DNA of 64,000 nucleotides from Torpedo marmorata (lineage: Eukaryota), in contig OZ360230.1 in assembly GCA_977017645.1 (NCBI GenBank), forward strand, positions 90,148,001 to 90,212,000, read 5' to 3'. Within the stretch, counting starts at the first letter, position 1. Every line of letters starts with the position of its first letter. The position numbers were made by a program, and so were the translations under genes. This document shows positions 1-12,455 of this stretch, one piece after another. The notes beneath the pieces are model-generated. The model worked only from the letters and a program-made list of their open reading frames with translations, searched no databases and was not told where the DNA came from.

Positions 1-69
1 CGTTTTGTAATTAATAAAATTTATAATAAATATGATTAATAATAAAATTAATATTTCGAACTAAAGTTC

Positions 70-160
70 TGAGGGCATTTGACCTGGAACTTAACTCTTG
101 TTTTGTTCTCCACAGATACTGCCTGACTGGCTGAGCGTTTCCAGAATTTTCAGGTCTTAT
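70..160 (+). mobile_element. Old Penelope-type pseudo-LTR fragment
   Basis: Degenerate ...ccacagatactgcctgactggctgagcgtttccag... matches the 3' part of the pLTR copies elsewhere in the window. Confidence 0.55.
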
Positions 161-194
161 CTCACACCCAGCAATGTGATAACATAACATTCAA

Positions 195-305
195 TCGGTG
201 CTGCTAAAAATGTCAGCCTGGACCTTATGTTTAAACCCCTGGGTAAGGGCTGAAACTGACAATATTCTGATTCAAGAGGGAAGATTGTCACCAGCTAAGC
301 CACTC
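195..305 (-). mobile_element. Ancient Deu-domain/SacSINE1-like SINE 5' relic
   Basis: Similar to the relics at 22540, 37190 and 45850 (ctgattcaagaggg...ctaagccac); family assigned from memory. Confidence 0.4.
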
Positions 306-432
306 TGGATACCATCAACTGCATCAGGCCGAACTGTGTTTCGCCAATAGCTGAGAGTTGATGAACAAAACTGCTAACCCAAAGAAGGAAGGAGTGAAAA
401 GTTAAATGCAAAGAAATAATGATGTTGGGGTG

Positions 433-862
433 TTCAAGTTCAAGTTTATTATCATCCGATTGCACAAGTGCAACCCGACGAAATGGCGTTCTCTGGTCCT
501 CAGTGCAAAACATGCAGACTCACAACCAGACATAACACACATACAGACAAATAATACATACACAGGACAAATATACAAATATAAAAATGAATAAATAAAT
601 ATTGTTTAGTAAATATGAGAGTCTCGGATGGTTAGTGTGAAGAGTTCCTTTGGTCATTCAGCATTCTCACTGCCCACGGGAAGAAGCTGTTTCTCAGCCT
701 GGTGGTGCTAGCTCTAATACTCCTGTATCTCTTTCCCGACGGGAGCAGCTGAAAGATGCTATGTGCAGGGTGGAAGGGTCCTCGATGATTTTGCACGCCC
801 TCTTCAGACAACGATCCCGATAGATCACATCGAAGGGGGGAGGGGGGGAGGGAGATCCCAGT
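433..862 (-). mobile_element. Rex1/Babar LINE 3' fragment
   Basis: C-terminal peptide IYRDRCLKRACKIIEDP..H; 3'UTR ending in aataaa and a (TTGAAC)n tail. Confidence 0.85.
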
Positions 863-1679
863 TCTTCATGACAGAAACACAACCACTGCTTAAGATCAAG
901 TTGTAAATCAATTGAGCTATTCAGAAACAATTTTACATTTAAATTGGTGACAGGGTAAGGGAAAGTAAATGCAGACGTGTCCTTTGAGTAAACAGAGCAG
1001 ATAAATCGAGGATTTCTCAGCATTATTGATGTGCTTACCAACTGTGTAGGGAATTTCCATTTGAACATGCCAAATAGCTATATATAAATATCATCAGATG
1101 TCTTTACAAACTTACAACTTTATGCATCCAGCTTGTTCGAGATTATTTTATCGTTTTAAAAAGTCTTATTTTAAAAATACAGACTCAGAAAATGTAAACA
1201 GCTTTGTTGCCAATGAACCCAAAACAGGTTCACTCAGCAAATTCAATGATCACCCTCACCCGTTTATCTAAAAACAGTTCGGCTGCGGAATATTAAAGAA
1301 ATACAGGATCATCTTGGCAGTGGCAAAACACATGACATCGCAGTTATGTCCCTCAAAAGAAGCACAGTGTTTGAAATGTAATGGAAAATATCACAGGACT
1401 GCCAACATATACACAATAATCTGGCTGAATTTGTACCAGGTTCAAAACCATCTTCTAAAAAAGGGCAGAAATTTGTCCATTTCTTCTGGCCTTTGATGAG
1501 CTGAAGCCTTATATATATAGAAAGTTTGCTTTATGTTCAGTGATATTATTGATGATTATATGCACTTGAGAGGTGCTGCTTGAATATCCCTGGCATGTAG
1601 CTGCAGTGCATTTCAGCAGTGAGACACCCTGCAGGCACAATGCGCTGGTGATGGAGGGAATGAACATCACTGGAAGTGG

Positions 1680-1812
1680 GAAAACACAAGAACTGCAGAC
1701 GCTGGAATCCTGAGTGAGCAATAAGAAGCTGAAGGGACTCGGTGACTCAGGCAGCCTCCATGGAGAGAAATGGGCAGTCAACGTTTTCGGCCTGAACCCT
1801 TTATCAAGACGA
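1680..1812 (-). mobile_element. Penelope pseudo-LTR insertion
   Basis: aaacacaagaactgcagacgctgg... terminus; minus strand reads ttgataaagggttcaggccgaaaacgttgac (decayed hammerhead-like core). Confidence 0.7.
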
Positions 1813-2349
1813 ATAGATGTGGAAGAGGTGCAATTCAACTGGGCAGCCTTGCCCTGCAATGTGTTATGCTCCTTCAATGTTATTGGCGCTGTATTGATCC
1901 AGACAAAGTATTCCCTTACGCTTGTGTTTTGTTGATAGTGAGAAGGCTTCAAGGAGTCAGAAGGTGACTTACACACTTCAGAATATCCATGCCTGACCTG
2001 GTGCCTGAATTCATGACACACAACCTTTAATTTCCATGACAGCTCATGATGTAGCTCATGATCCACATCATATTGGTGTGGAAACAAGATCTGCAGATCT
2101 ACAGCAAACAGAAACGAGGCATACGCGTGCCTTTTTCTCTTTGGCACGATGTAATGTGCAGTGTGCACAGGGGATTTCCATGGAAGCTTCAACTTTTTAC
2201 AATTGATATAATTCAACTAGTTGAAGTCACTGGAGATATCGTTGCTCAATTTGCTGATGGCGCAAGGCAGACATGAAAGTAAGAGGACATGTGGAAGCAG
2301 TTCAGAGAGGCTTTATTTGAATAATTCCTGGAAGGAGTAGGTTGCCTTA

Positions 2350-2710
2350 AGAGAAATATTTGGACAGGCTAATATCTGGTGGAGGGGGACTTGACTAAGA
2401 CATACAAGATCTTGAGGAGTCATGACATGGTGGATGTGGGGACAATGTTCCTCATGGAAGAATCTATAACAAGCATGGCAAAGCATGAAAATAAAGGTTT
2501 GTCCATTTAAGACAGAGATTATTTATTTTCTCTCTCAGAGAATTGAGAGTTTTTGGAACTCTTCCTCAAAGAGGGGTGGAAGCAGAATCACTGAATATTT
2601 TTAGGGCAGAGACAGAAATGTTCTCAGATAGGGGGGACAGAAACGTGGAGCTGAAAACTCAATCAGAGTACCTTTGATCTTGTTTAATGGTAGAGTAGGC
2701 TCAAGGAGCC
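2350..2710 (+). mobile_element. Old CR1 LINE 3' fragment
   Basis: ggagggggacttga..gacatacaagatcttgagg (RGDL..YKIL motif) followed by a CR1-type 3' end. Confidence 0.65.
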
Positions 2711-2769
2711 AGTTCACTCTTACAGGGTTGCTGATCTAACCTGCTCTCAGCACCCTGCATCAAAGAGCA

Positions 2770-2975
2770 TTGTGATCATGCAGCAGAGAACAGGCCCAAC
2801 ACATCCATACTGACCAGGTTGACATTCTCTATTCATCCCTTTTCCTTGTATTTGGTCCACATCCCTCTAAGTCCTTCTTATTGTTATATCTGTCCAAATG
2901 TCTTTTGAATGTCAAAATTGTGCCCCCTTCTACAGTTGCCTCTGGCAGCTCATTCCAGATACAGACTACCCTCTG
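2770..2975 (-). mobile_element. CR1/HER1 LINE 3' end fragment
   Basis: cagcagagaacaggccc...ccctctaagtcc...ctctggcagctcattccagat, typical of the CR1 3' end. Confidence 0.65.
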
Positions 2976-3995
2976 AGTCACCATCTCAGCACTTCAAAGT
3001 TAAAATGACAATTCTCATTTTTAAATCACTTCGGTGTCCTTACAAACCCCAGACTTGTTGCCTCTTGAACTCAAACAGTCATCCCATACCTCTGCATTCC
3101 TCTTTTATTGGCCTCTTGTGGAACATTCATCCTTTCATCTTTCTAAGCACCACTCTCTGGAATTGCTCATCAAAACAATCTGTCTTTCCATGTCTCTCTT
3201 TTTTTTAAAAAAAGACTCCTTAACAACTTACCAAGCTTCCATTCACCTTCCCCAAATCTGTTTTGTGGCGTCTTGTTTGATTACATGAAGAACCCTGGAA
3301 CATTTTATCACATGAAAGGCCAAATAATGCTGTCAGTATTTTGAAATGAAGTCAGATGTGACAACTCAATGAAAGGTAGATTTAAACTCAAAGGAGATCC
3401 AAGACTAATTCATGTGAGACACTAAAGTGCACATCTCTGATCTCCTGATGAGGGGAACCAATTCCTTACATCACAGCATGCCAGAACATGGGATTGCAAC
3501 CTATCCATCCATATCAGGATGTGTTTACAGGAAAACAAAACATCTCAACTTGGAAAAACACTCCAAACGCATTTCCAATGTTATTCCAGTGAAATAATCG
3601 AACACTGTCGCACATACATCAGAACAGAAATCCATTTTCCTTGTCACTTTTGCTTCCAGAAAACCGCCATGAAATACAACAGAACCTTCTGACCTTGTCA
3701 AAATGCCATCACCTTCATTGCCAGAGCCCTACAAGACTTTTCACACCAATATGGCCAAAATCCTTCATCTCCACCTGGCTCACTGAGCAGCTCTCACCAT
3801 ATAACACGACGTTCCATCTGCTTTTATTGACCACAAGAATTTTTTGAAGCCTTTATTAAACTGGATCTATTTTTCAAGCCACCCACCCCCCCCAAATATA
3901 AACAATGAAAAATGATATGCCAAGACATGCCATTTCCTTCTGACAGGCTGATCTGGAAAACTCGAAACTGTGCACACATGCAATTTTTTAACATT

Positions 3996-4432
3996 CAGAA
4001 TCAGAATCAGAATCAGAATCAGAATTTATTGTCATGAACAAGTCATGAAATTCGGTGCTTTGCGGCAGCATCATAGTGCAATTAACATTCATATTAACCA
4101 TTCTAACGACATTACTATATAAAAATTATAAACAATAGTGCACTAGTGTCTTTGGTTCATTGATTGTTCAGGAATCTGATGGCAGCAGGGAAGAAGCTGA
4201 CCTTGTGCCGTTGAGTGCTCGTCTTTAGGCTCCTGTACCTTTTCCCCGATGGAAGCAGCGTGAGGAGGGCATGGCCTGGGTGGTGGGGGTCCTTGAGGAT
4301 AGAGGCTGCTTTATTAAGACATTGCCTCATGTAGATGTCCTCGATGGAGTGAAGTTTGGTGCCCGTGATGTCACAGGCCGAGGTAACAACCTTCTGGAGT
4401 TTGCTCTTGTCCTGGGAGTTGGCACCACCATA
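3996..4432 (-). mobile_element. Rex1/Babar LINE 3' fragment
   Basis: (TCAGAA)x5 tail on the plus strand; nearly identical to 7794-8160. Confidence 0.92.
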
Positions 4433-4590
4433 CCATCATTTTATACAATCATCATTTTGTTCGACTTTCATGGATAAATAAGGCTTTCAAATTAAAAGGT
4501 TGTTTTCTTGTTTCCATGACCATGTGCTTGAAACATTCCTTGTGCTCAGATGGACTTCTGACATTCTGCCCTGCCTGAAAAAGTTTCATT

Positions 4591-5442
4591 GGCGTAATGG
4601 CGGCGCTGCCGGAGCCGCTGTAGCAGCAGCGCTGCCGCTGGTGCGGACCCGCGGGGAGCATGGGAGCAGAGATACAGCACTCCTGCGGGGTCCAGCCGCC
4701 CAGTCGACTGCCGTCGGTGCCGCACTGGCTTTGAACGGCCCGTTAAAGGAGCCGACGGTGGTTTTATTTAAGATCCCGCGGCCACGGGGTCTGCGCCCAA
4801 GATGGCAGCGCCTTTTAACCAGCAGCAGCCACGAGGGGCTGCAGATTCCAGGGAAGCGGAGGACTGGAACAGGGCACCAGAGGACGGGAAGATCACCCCC
4901 CGTCTGAGAAGGAGAAGCGGAGGAGACGACCCACGGGACAGTGACCACGGCGGCGGACAGGTGAGGGGCTCTGAGGCTGAAGGACCAGTGCATGCGGCGG
5001 GCTGCTGGTGACTCGAGGCGAGGAACCCGCGGAGGCTGTGGGCTGCTGGAGACTGCTGTCGGGGGACTCACGCCGGGCTGCAGACTGTTGGAGGCTGGCT
5101 CGAACTGGCTGGAGGAGTACCAGGTATCGGAACCAGGATGCGAGGGGGTGCCGAGGGCGACCTGACCGTGTTGGAGGTTCGGATCTGGAGCTCGGGATGC
5201 CAATGGTTTGGACTGGACTCTGTGTGGCTGCAGAGGCTGCGGAAGCGCTGGAGGCGAATCTATGGACACTCGGTGACTCTGGGGGGACTCTCTTTTGCTT
5301 CTCTTTCACTGACTGTAAGGAATGTTAGAGGCGCTTAGGCAATTTCTGCCGGTGGCGAATCTGTCTGCCTTGCAGCAGGCAAAAAGAAATTTCATGGAAT
5401 ATGACACTGTCTTATTACTATGACAATAAATTGAATCTTGAA
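4591..5442 (+). mobile_element. GC/CpG-rich non-autonomous retroelement with a Rex1-like 3' tail
   Basis: 6 bp TSD ttcatt (4585-4590, 5443-5448); ends aatttcatg...atgacaataaattgaatcttgaa like the Rex1 tails; no RT ORF and no tRNA box seen. Confidence 0.65.
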
Positions 5443-6021
5443 TTCATTTCCACATTGGCATTCATTCCAAAACTGGCAGGAGAGACTCATGGATCAGCAT
5501 CACATTTAAGTAATAATCATTAATGCCTGCAAAAAAAAAGGATGAGCAGATTTCTGATCATTAATAGTCTCTCTGTCAACCAGCTTTGCTTTTACAACAG
5601 GCAGGTCATTAGCATTTCAAACTTCCCAGCTCCACTAAGCCACTGGCAGAGGGAGGGGGCATGTATCCATCTGCCCCTGCCGAGACTTCAACATAAATTT
5701 CACATTAAAATGGGTCTTTCAAGCGGCAGTCTGAATGAAAACTGCATTTCCCTTCGGAGTACTTGTGACATTCTAACGGTGCACAAGGTCCAGCGCTTCT
5801 AAGCCATCAGTAAGAGAGTTGACATCTGTGATTTAAAGGCTGCTGCGGGGGAGAGCCGGCATTTACAACTGTGCAGCACTGATCATGTCAAATGTCCTGT
5901 TGTCAATTCAGTACTGATTAAGGAGATGGCCAAGCCCACAGCATGGGCTGCAATAAGGGTCAGCAAACCGGCTTCCTGTCTCCCACCCAAATGAAATGAC
6001 CAGTTAAAGGTGAGTAGAGTA

Positions 6022-7742
6022 GAAGAGTAGTGTGGGCTGCCTCAACGACTAACTTCTACTATGATTAAATGCTTTGAGAGGCTGGTCATGGCCAGAATTA
6101 ACACGTACCTAAGCAACGATCTGGACCCACTGCAATTCGCCTATCGTCACAATCGCTCCACAGCAGATGCAATATCACTGGCTCTCCACTCAGCTCTGGA
6201 TCACCTCGAAAACAGCAATTCATACATACGGCTGCTCTTCATCAACTACAGCTCGGCCTTCAATATCATTATTCCCTCAGTGCTGGTCAAGAAGCTACAA
6301 ACTCTAGGCCTCTGTACCCCACTCTGCAAATGGATCCTTGACTTTCTCATCGGAAGACCACAGTCAGTACGAATTGGAAACAACGTCTCCCCCTCACTGA
6401 TTATCAACACAGGCGCACCCCAAGGATGCGTGCATAGTCCACTGCTCTACTCGTTATACACCCATGACTGTGTGGCCAGGCACAATTCCAATGCCATCTA
6501 CAAGTTTTCCGATGACACCACAGTTGTCGGCAGAATCACAAACGGCAATGAGGAAGCATACAGGAGGGAGATAGATCAGCTCGTTGAATGGTGTAACGAC
6601 AACAACCTTGAGCTCAACGTCAGCAAAACCAAGGAGATGATTGTGGACTTCAGGAGGAAGTCAGGGGAACACGACCCAGTCCTCATCGAGGGCTCAGTAG
6701 TGGAGAGTCAAGAACTTCAAATTCCTGGGTCCAACACCTCCGAGGATCTGTCTTGGAGCCTCCACGTTGATGCAATAACAAAGAAGGCTCACCAGCGGCT
6801 ATACTTTGTGAGGTGTCTGAGGAGATTCGGTATGTCACCGAAGACTCTCAAAAACGTCTACAGGTGTACCGTGGAGAGCATTCTGGCTGGTTGAATCACT
6901 GCCTGGTATGGAGGCACCAACTCTCAGGACAAGAGTAAACTCCAGAGAGCTCCGTTCATGTATACCACTGGAAAAAATTACTTATAATTTACGTAATAAA
7001 TATCATTTCTTCTTGAAAATTTGGAGCCCATATATGAGAGCTGTGGGTTTAAGGATCTGAAGATCTCTAGATATCGGATCTACTGGCATACTTGACCTCT
7101 GTAATAGAATTAGTTTATAGATGATATTCCCCTTATTCTATTTTTTTCTTTCTTTCTTTTTTCTATTTTTACTTTTATTTTATATTACTAGACTAGTGGG
7201 GATGGGGGGGTTGGGGAGGGGAGGGAGGGTGGGGGGGGGCGAAAATGTATCACATGTATTTTGATAATTTTATATTTTATCTTATGTATTTTGTGATTTA
7301 AAAGTTTAAATAAAATTTTTTTTTTAAAAAGAGTAAACTCCAGAGGGTTGTTAACTCGGCCTGTGACATCACAAGCACCAAACTTCACTCCATCGAGGAC
7401 ATCTACATGAGGCGGTGTCTTAAAAAAGCAGCCTCTATCATCAAAAACTCCCACCACCCAGGCCATGCCCTCTTCACTCTGCTACCATCGGGAAAAAGGT
7501 ACAGGAGCCTAAAGACGAGCACTCAACGGCACAAGGACAGCTTCTTCCCCGCTGCCATCAGATTCCTGAATAATCAATGAACCAAAGACACTGCCTTACT
7601 TTTCGTGCACTCTTATTTATAATTTTTTATAGTAATTTCGAAAGATGGTTATAATATGAATGTTAATTGCACTATGATGCTGCCGCAAAACACCGAATTT
7701 CATGACTTGTTCATGACAATAAATTCTTATTCTGATTCTGAA
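6022..7742 (+). mobile_element. 5'-truncated Rex1/Babar LINE (RT fragment, pseudogenised), interrupted by an L1 insertion
   Basis: ORF 6061-6894 has RT motifs [13 protein letters not shown] and FSDD; (TTCTGA)n tail. Confidence 0.95.
6948..7328 (+). mobile_element. L1 LINE 3' end inserted into Rex1
   Basis: 17 bp TSD aagagtaaactccagag (6931-6947, 7329-7345); ORF2 C-terminus CIPLEKITYNLRNK..FLKIWSPY; G-rich 3'UTR and aataaa. Confidence 0.9.
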
Positions 7743-7792
7743 TGATTTCAGCAAATACCATGATGAGATAATGGTGTACATTTGCCATAGAC

Positions 7793-10308
7793 TAGAATCA
7801 GAATTTATTGTCATGAACAAGTCATGAAATTAGGTGTTTTGCGGCTGCATCATAGTGCAAACATTCATATTATAACCATCGATCGTTGATTATTCAGGAA
7901 TCTGATGGCAGCGGGGAAGAAGCTGTCCTTGTGCCGTTGAGTGCTCGTCTTTAGGCTCCTGTACCTTTTTCCCGATGGTAGCAGAGTGAAGAGGGTATGG
8001 CCTGGGTGGTGGGGGTCTTTGAGGATAGAGGCTGCTTTTTTAAGACACTGCCTCATGTAGATGTCCTCGATGGAGTGAAGTCTGGTGCCTGTGATTTCAC
8101 AGGCCGAGTTAACAACCTTCTGGAGTTTATTCTTGTCCTGAGAGTTGGCGCCTCCATACCAGGCAGTGATGCATCCAGCCAGAATGCTCTCCACGGTACA
8201 CCTGTAGAAGTTTACGAAAGTCTTTGGTGACATACCAAATCTCCTCAGGCATCTCACAAAGTATAGCCGCTGGCGAGCCTTCTTTGTGATTGCATCAACG
8301 TGGAGGCTCCAGGACAGATCCTCGGAGATGTTGACACCCAGGAATTTAAAGTTCTTGACCCTCTCCACTACTGAGCCCTTGATGAGGACTGGGTCGTGTT
8401 CCCCTCACTTCCTCCTGAAGTCCACAATCATTTCCTTGATTTTGCTGAAGTTGAGCGCAAGGTTGTTGTCGTTACACCATTCAACAAGCTGATCTATCTC
8501 CCTCCTGTACGCTTCCTCATTGCCGTTTGTGATTCTGCCGACAACTGTGGTGTCATTGGCAAACATGTAGATGGCATTGGAATTGTGCCTGGCCATACAG
8601 TCATATGTGTATAACGAGTAGAGCAGTGGGCTAAGCACGCATCCTTGGGGTGCGCCTGTGTTGATAATCAGTGAGGAGGAGACGTTGTTTCCAATTCGTA
8701 CTGACTGTGGTCTTCCGATGAGAAAGTCAAGGATCCATTTGCAGAGCGGGGTACAGAGTCCTAGAGTTTGTAGCTTCTTGACTAGCACTGATGGATAATG
8801 GTATTGAAGGCCGAGCTGTAGTCGATGAAGAGCAGCCGTATGTATGAATTGTTGTTCACGAGGTGATCCAGAGCTGAGTGGAGAGCCAGCGATATTGCAT
8901 CTGCTGTGGAACGATTGTGATGATAGGCAAATTGCAGTGGGTCAAGATCTTTGCTTAGGTACGTGTTAATTCTGGCCATGACCAGCCTCTCAAAGCATTT
9001 CATCACAGTAGAAGTTAGTGCGACTGGGCGGTAGTTGTTGAGGCAGCTCACACTACTCTTCTTGGGTACCGGGATGACTGATGCCCTTTTGAAGCAGGTG
9101 GGAACCTCTGACTGCCGCAATGAGAGGTTGAAAATGTCCGTGAACACTCCGGCTAGTTGGTTGGCGCAGATTGTCAGTACCCTGCCAGGTACGCCGTCAG
9201 GGCCTGACGCCTTGCGAGGGTTCACCCTCTTGAATGATGTTGTGACTTTGCCCTCAGAGACAGATATCACAGGGTCCTCAGCCTTTTCAGGGATTCTGGT
9301 AGGCACTGTTTTGTTCTTCTTCTCAAAGCGGGCATAGAAGGTGTTCAGGTCATCGGGTAGTGAAGCATCACAGCCGTCTACAGTGTTCGCCCTCGCTTTG
9401 TAGGCTGTAATGGCCTGCACTCCCTGCCATAGCTGGCGTGTATCTGTCTCTGTCTCTAGCTTCCTTCGCAATTGCCACTTTGCTTCAGAGATGGCCTTCC
9501 ACAGGTCGAGCCTGGACCTCTGGTAAAGATCCCGATCCCCGGCCTTAAACGCCCTTGTTCTTGCCCTCAGCAGGTTGCGAATTCTCTGATTCATCCAGGA
9601 CTTCTGGTTGGGGAACACCCGGTATTTGTGCGTGGGCACACACTCATCCACGCAGGTCTTGATGAAGTCGGTGAAACCTGTTGCATATTCATTCAGGTCT
9701 ATGGATGAGTTCTTGAATATGTTCCAGTCCACCGATTCAAAGCAGTCCTGCAGACGCTCCTCCGCCTCCCTCGACCATACTTTCGCCGTCCTCACCACTG
9801 GTGCTGTGGTCTTCAGTCTCTGCTTGTACGCCGGGAGTAGAAGTACAGCCAGGTGATCAGACTTGCCGAAGTGCAGTCGTGGTATGGCTCTGTATGCGTT
9901 CTTCATGGTGGTGTAGCAGTGGTCGAGTGTGTTGGTTCCTCTGGTCTCGCATGTGACGTGCTGGTGGTAGTTTGTCAGAGACTTCTTTAGGTTGGCCTGA
10001 TTGAAGTCTCTCATGATGATCGGGAAGGCATCAGGATGTGCTGTCTCATGGCTGTTCATCACAATGCTCAGTCCCTCCAGTGCCAGCCTGACGTTAGCCT
10101 GGGACAGAATGAACACTGCGACCAGGATGATGGCGGTGAACTCCCTCGGCAGGTAGAATGGGCGACACTTGATCACCAGATGTTCCAGGTCGGAGGAGCA
10201 GGACTGGGACATGACCGTCACGTCTGTGCACCACGATGAATTGATGATGACACAAACGCCGCCACCCTGGTTTTTCCAGACGCCGGTGTTCGCTCTGCGC
10301 GATGGAGG
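7793..10308 (-). mobile_element. Rex1/Babar LINE, ~2.5 kb, APE endonuclease C-half plus RT, two frameshifts
   Basis: ORFs 8782-10221 (RDFN, TLDHCY, SDH endonuclease motifs; KASGPDG; YRPVAL), 8405-8788 (GAPQG, catalytic motif mutated to FAND) and 7865-8368; TCAGAA tail. Confidence 0.97.
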
Positions 10309-10448
10309 GTGTACAATATGAATCAGATTGTACAGCTGTACTTCAACTGAACATGATCAGTGAATTTGCAAACAAAAACGTCCTTGCTGATTTATTTGGG
10401 AGAATTTCAGCCAAGTATGGTACTGGGGCTTTGAAAAACTCGAATGTG

Positions 10449-10498
10449 TGCTGGGCAAGGTTAATATTGGTCCTTGCTGGGCGAGGTTAATATTGGTC
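10449..10498. repeat. Tandem duplication of a 24 bp unit (26 bp period)
   Basis: tgctgggc(a/g)aggttaatattggtc twice, 1 mismatch. Confidence 0.9.
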
Positions 10499-12455
10499 AG
10501 GGCAGTGCTCAGGACACCGCAGTTTGTTTTTTTCTGTGTCAATGCAATTGTGGAAATGGTGATCGGCTTTGGACGAGCCTGTCAATTGCGGACCACTGTC
10601 CGCTGGACTGGGAATCAGTAGATTCATTTTCCCTTATCAAATGTAGCAGCAGACATAAAAACATTTTACTTCGTGGGGATTAGCACAGGACATCATTGTT
10701 GCCTGAACACAGGGTCCCTGTAAATCTCAACAAATAAGCATGCATTCTGGAAATGGACGTCAAAAAACAGAGTAGAAATTTACAGCACAGAACGAGACCA
10801 CTCTGCCCGTCATCTCTCAGGGACCTATTTAGTCTACTTCCATTTCCCAGCACGAAGCCTTACATGTTAAATTTCACTTAGTGTTTATTCGGATACTTTT
10901 AAAATGGGATGAGGACCCCAGTCTCAGTTACAAGGGCACTTTACCAAAACCCCATCCCACAAAGTTTAAAAGGCGTGGAATTTATGCACCTCGAACACTA
11001 ATTTGGATTTTTGGTAGTGTGGGAATTGTACATATAGTCATTACTACAGGTCACCATAGTGAGGGGGGTGGGGGTGCCAGGGGAAATTTCTTGTCTATCA
11101 TCCTTCACCTGTTCCCATTTCTAATCCTTCAGTGAAATTATAAGCAGAAAAACACAATAAACAGGAGTGGAAAAGCAACTGCATAAATGGAGACAATTCG
11201 TTGAGGTTTTGCTTGTCCAACTCCCTCACTCTTTCCTTCAAGGCCCCGCACTTTAATAAAATGACAAGAATCACATGTAACACCCATGATTTCAGGCAAA
11301 ATGTTACCATTCATTTTTTTCTGTATGACCTCTCTGGCAAAATCGTCCCGTTCCACTCTTCCTCCCCCTCCCCCTCCCCCCAGCTCACCACACTGCAAGA
11401 ATTACGCTTCCTGCAGACTGATGGATTTCTGGAATATTATCATGCAGTTGGAGTTAAAGATACATTAGGAAGTAATTTTAATCAGCCAGGACAATGTCGA
11501 CCTCAAGATTGAGAGTCAAGAGCAGGCTACATATCTTTCAAAAGACAGCCTTTCCTTTGCAAGAACGAATGAGTGCCTGGAGCGAGCTGCCTGCTCTTGC
11601 CACGCTATTCTCTTCACATTATGGATGCTGATAGAACTCTAACAGCTTCTTTAAAATGAGTTGCAGGAAACTAGCCTCTGCCCCAGACATTTCCTCGGAA
11701 TGAATGCAGAAAATAATGACTGAGAGGGCAATTGAATTACCTGCAGAATATATCCTGATACTTTTCACACAGGTTGAGCACAGCCTGAGTGCACTCATGC
11801 ACACAAGCTGTCTCATCCATCTGGAGGCATATGCGAGCAAGTCTGGGATTGCTGCCTGACAAAGGTGTCGGGATATGACACAACACCATTGCTGACAGAT
11901 TATACTAATGAATACAAGGGAGTTCCATACGGCAGGAAAATAATGACTGTTTGGGAATGAAGGAACTGCTGGATTCTGCACAGACTCAGTTAAACTCATT
12001 TGCAAATATGCTGATTTCATCTCCGTTTGGAATATCGAAAGGAATATCAGCTAAACTCTTCAATTTTAAAGGGGATGAAACAGCAGGGTGTGACCAAACC
12101 ACTCCTAAGAAGCATGTTGGTCATTTAAATATTATCCACCCATCGGGCACCTCTTGCCCCATCTGTAAAGGGACTGAGGTTCCGACACTGGCCTCATCAG
12201 CCCTCTCAGAACCCATAGACATAACTGGAATGGAAGCAAGTTAATCCCAAGGCACAGTCTAAGAAGAAGGAGGATAATGATGCTGCACATCTCGAGATCT
12301 AACCCATCTTCCAGCTTTCACCCTTGCTGAAGCCTGTGGGAAAATGGAAGCAAGGAGTGGTAGATTTGTTCTTTTCAAGCACAACTTGTGGAACAGAAGA
12401 AAGAGGAATGCTTCCTTTGGGGCTACCAAATATCCCTACCCAACATTGAGGGGAG

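Noticed and set aside
1509-2216. 235 aa ORF as a single-exon gene
   Set aside because: Runs through a Penelope pLTR insertion; only the 1973-2098 part is kept as a weak exon candidate
4500-5338. Stack of overlapping 100-227 aa ORFs
   Set aside because: Explained by high GC in a TSD-bounded repeat; low-complexity Pro/Ser/Arg products with no domain
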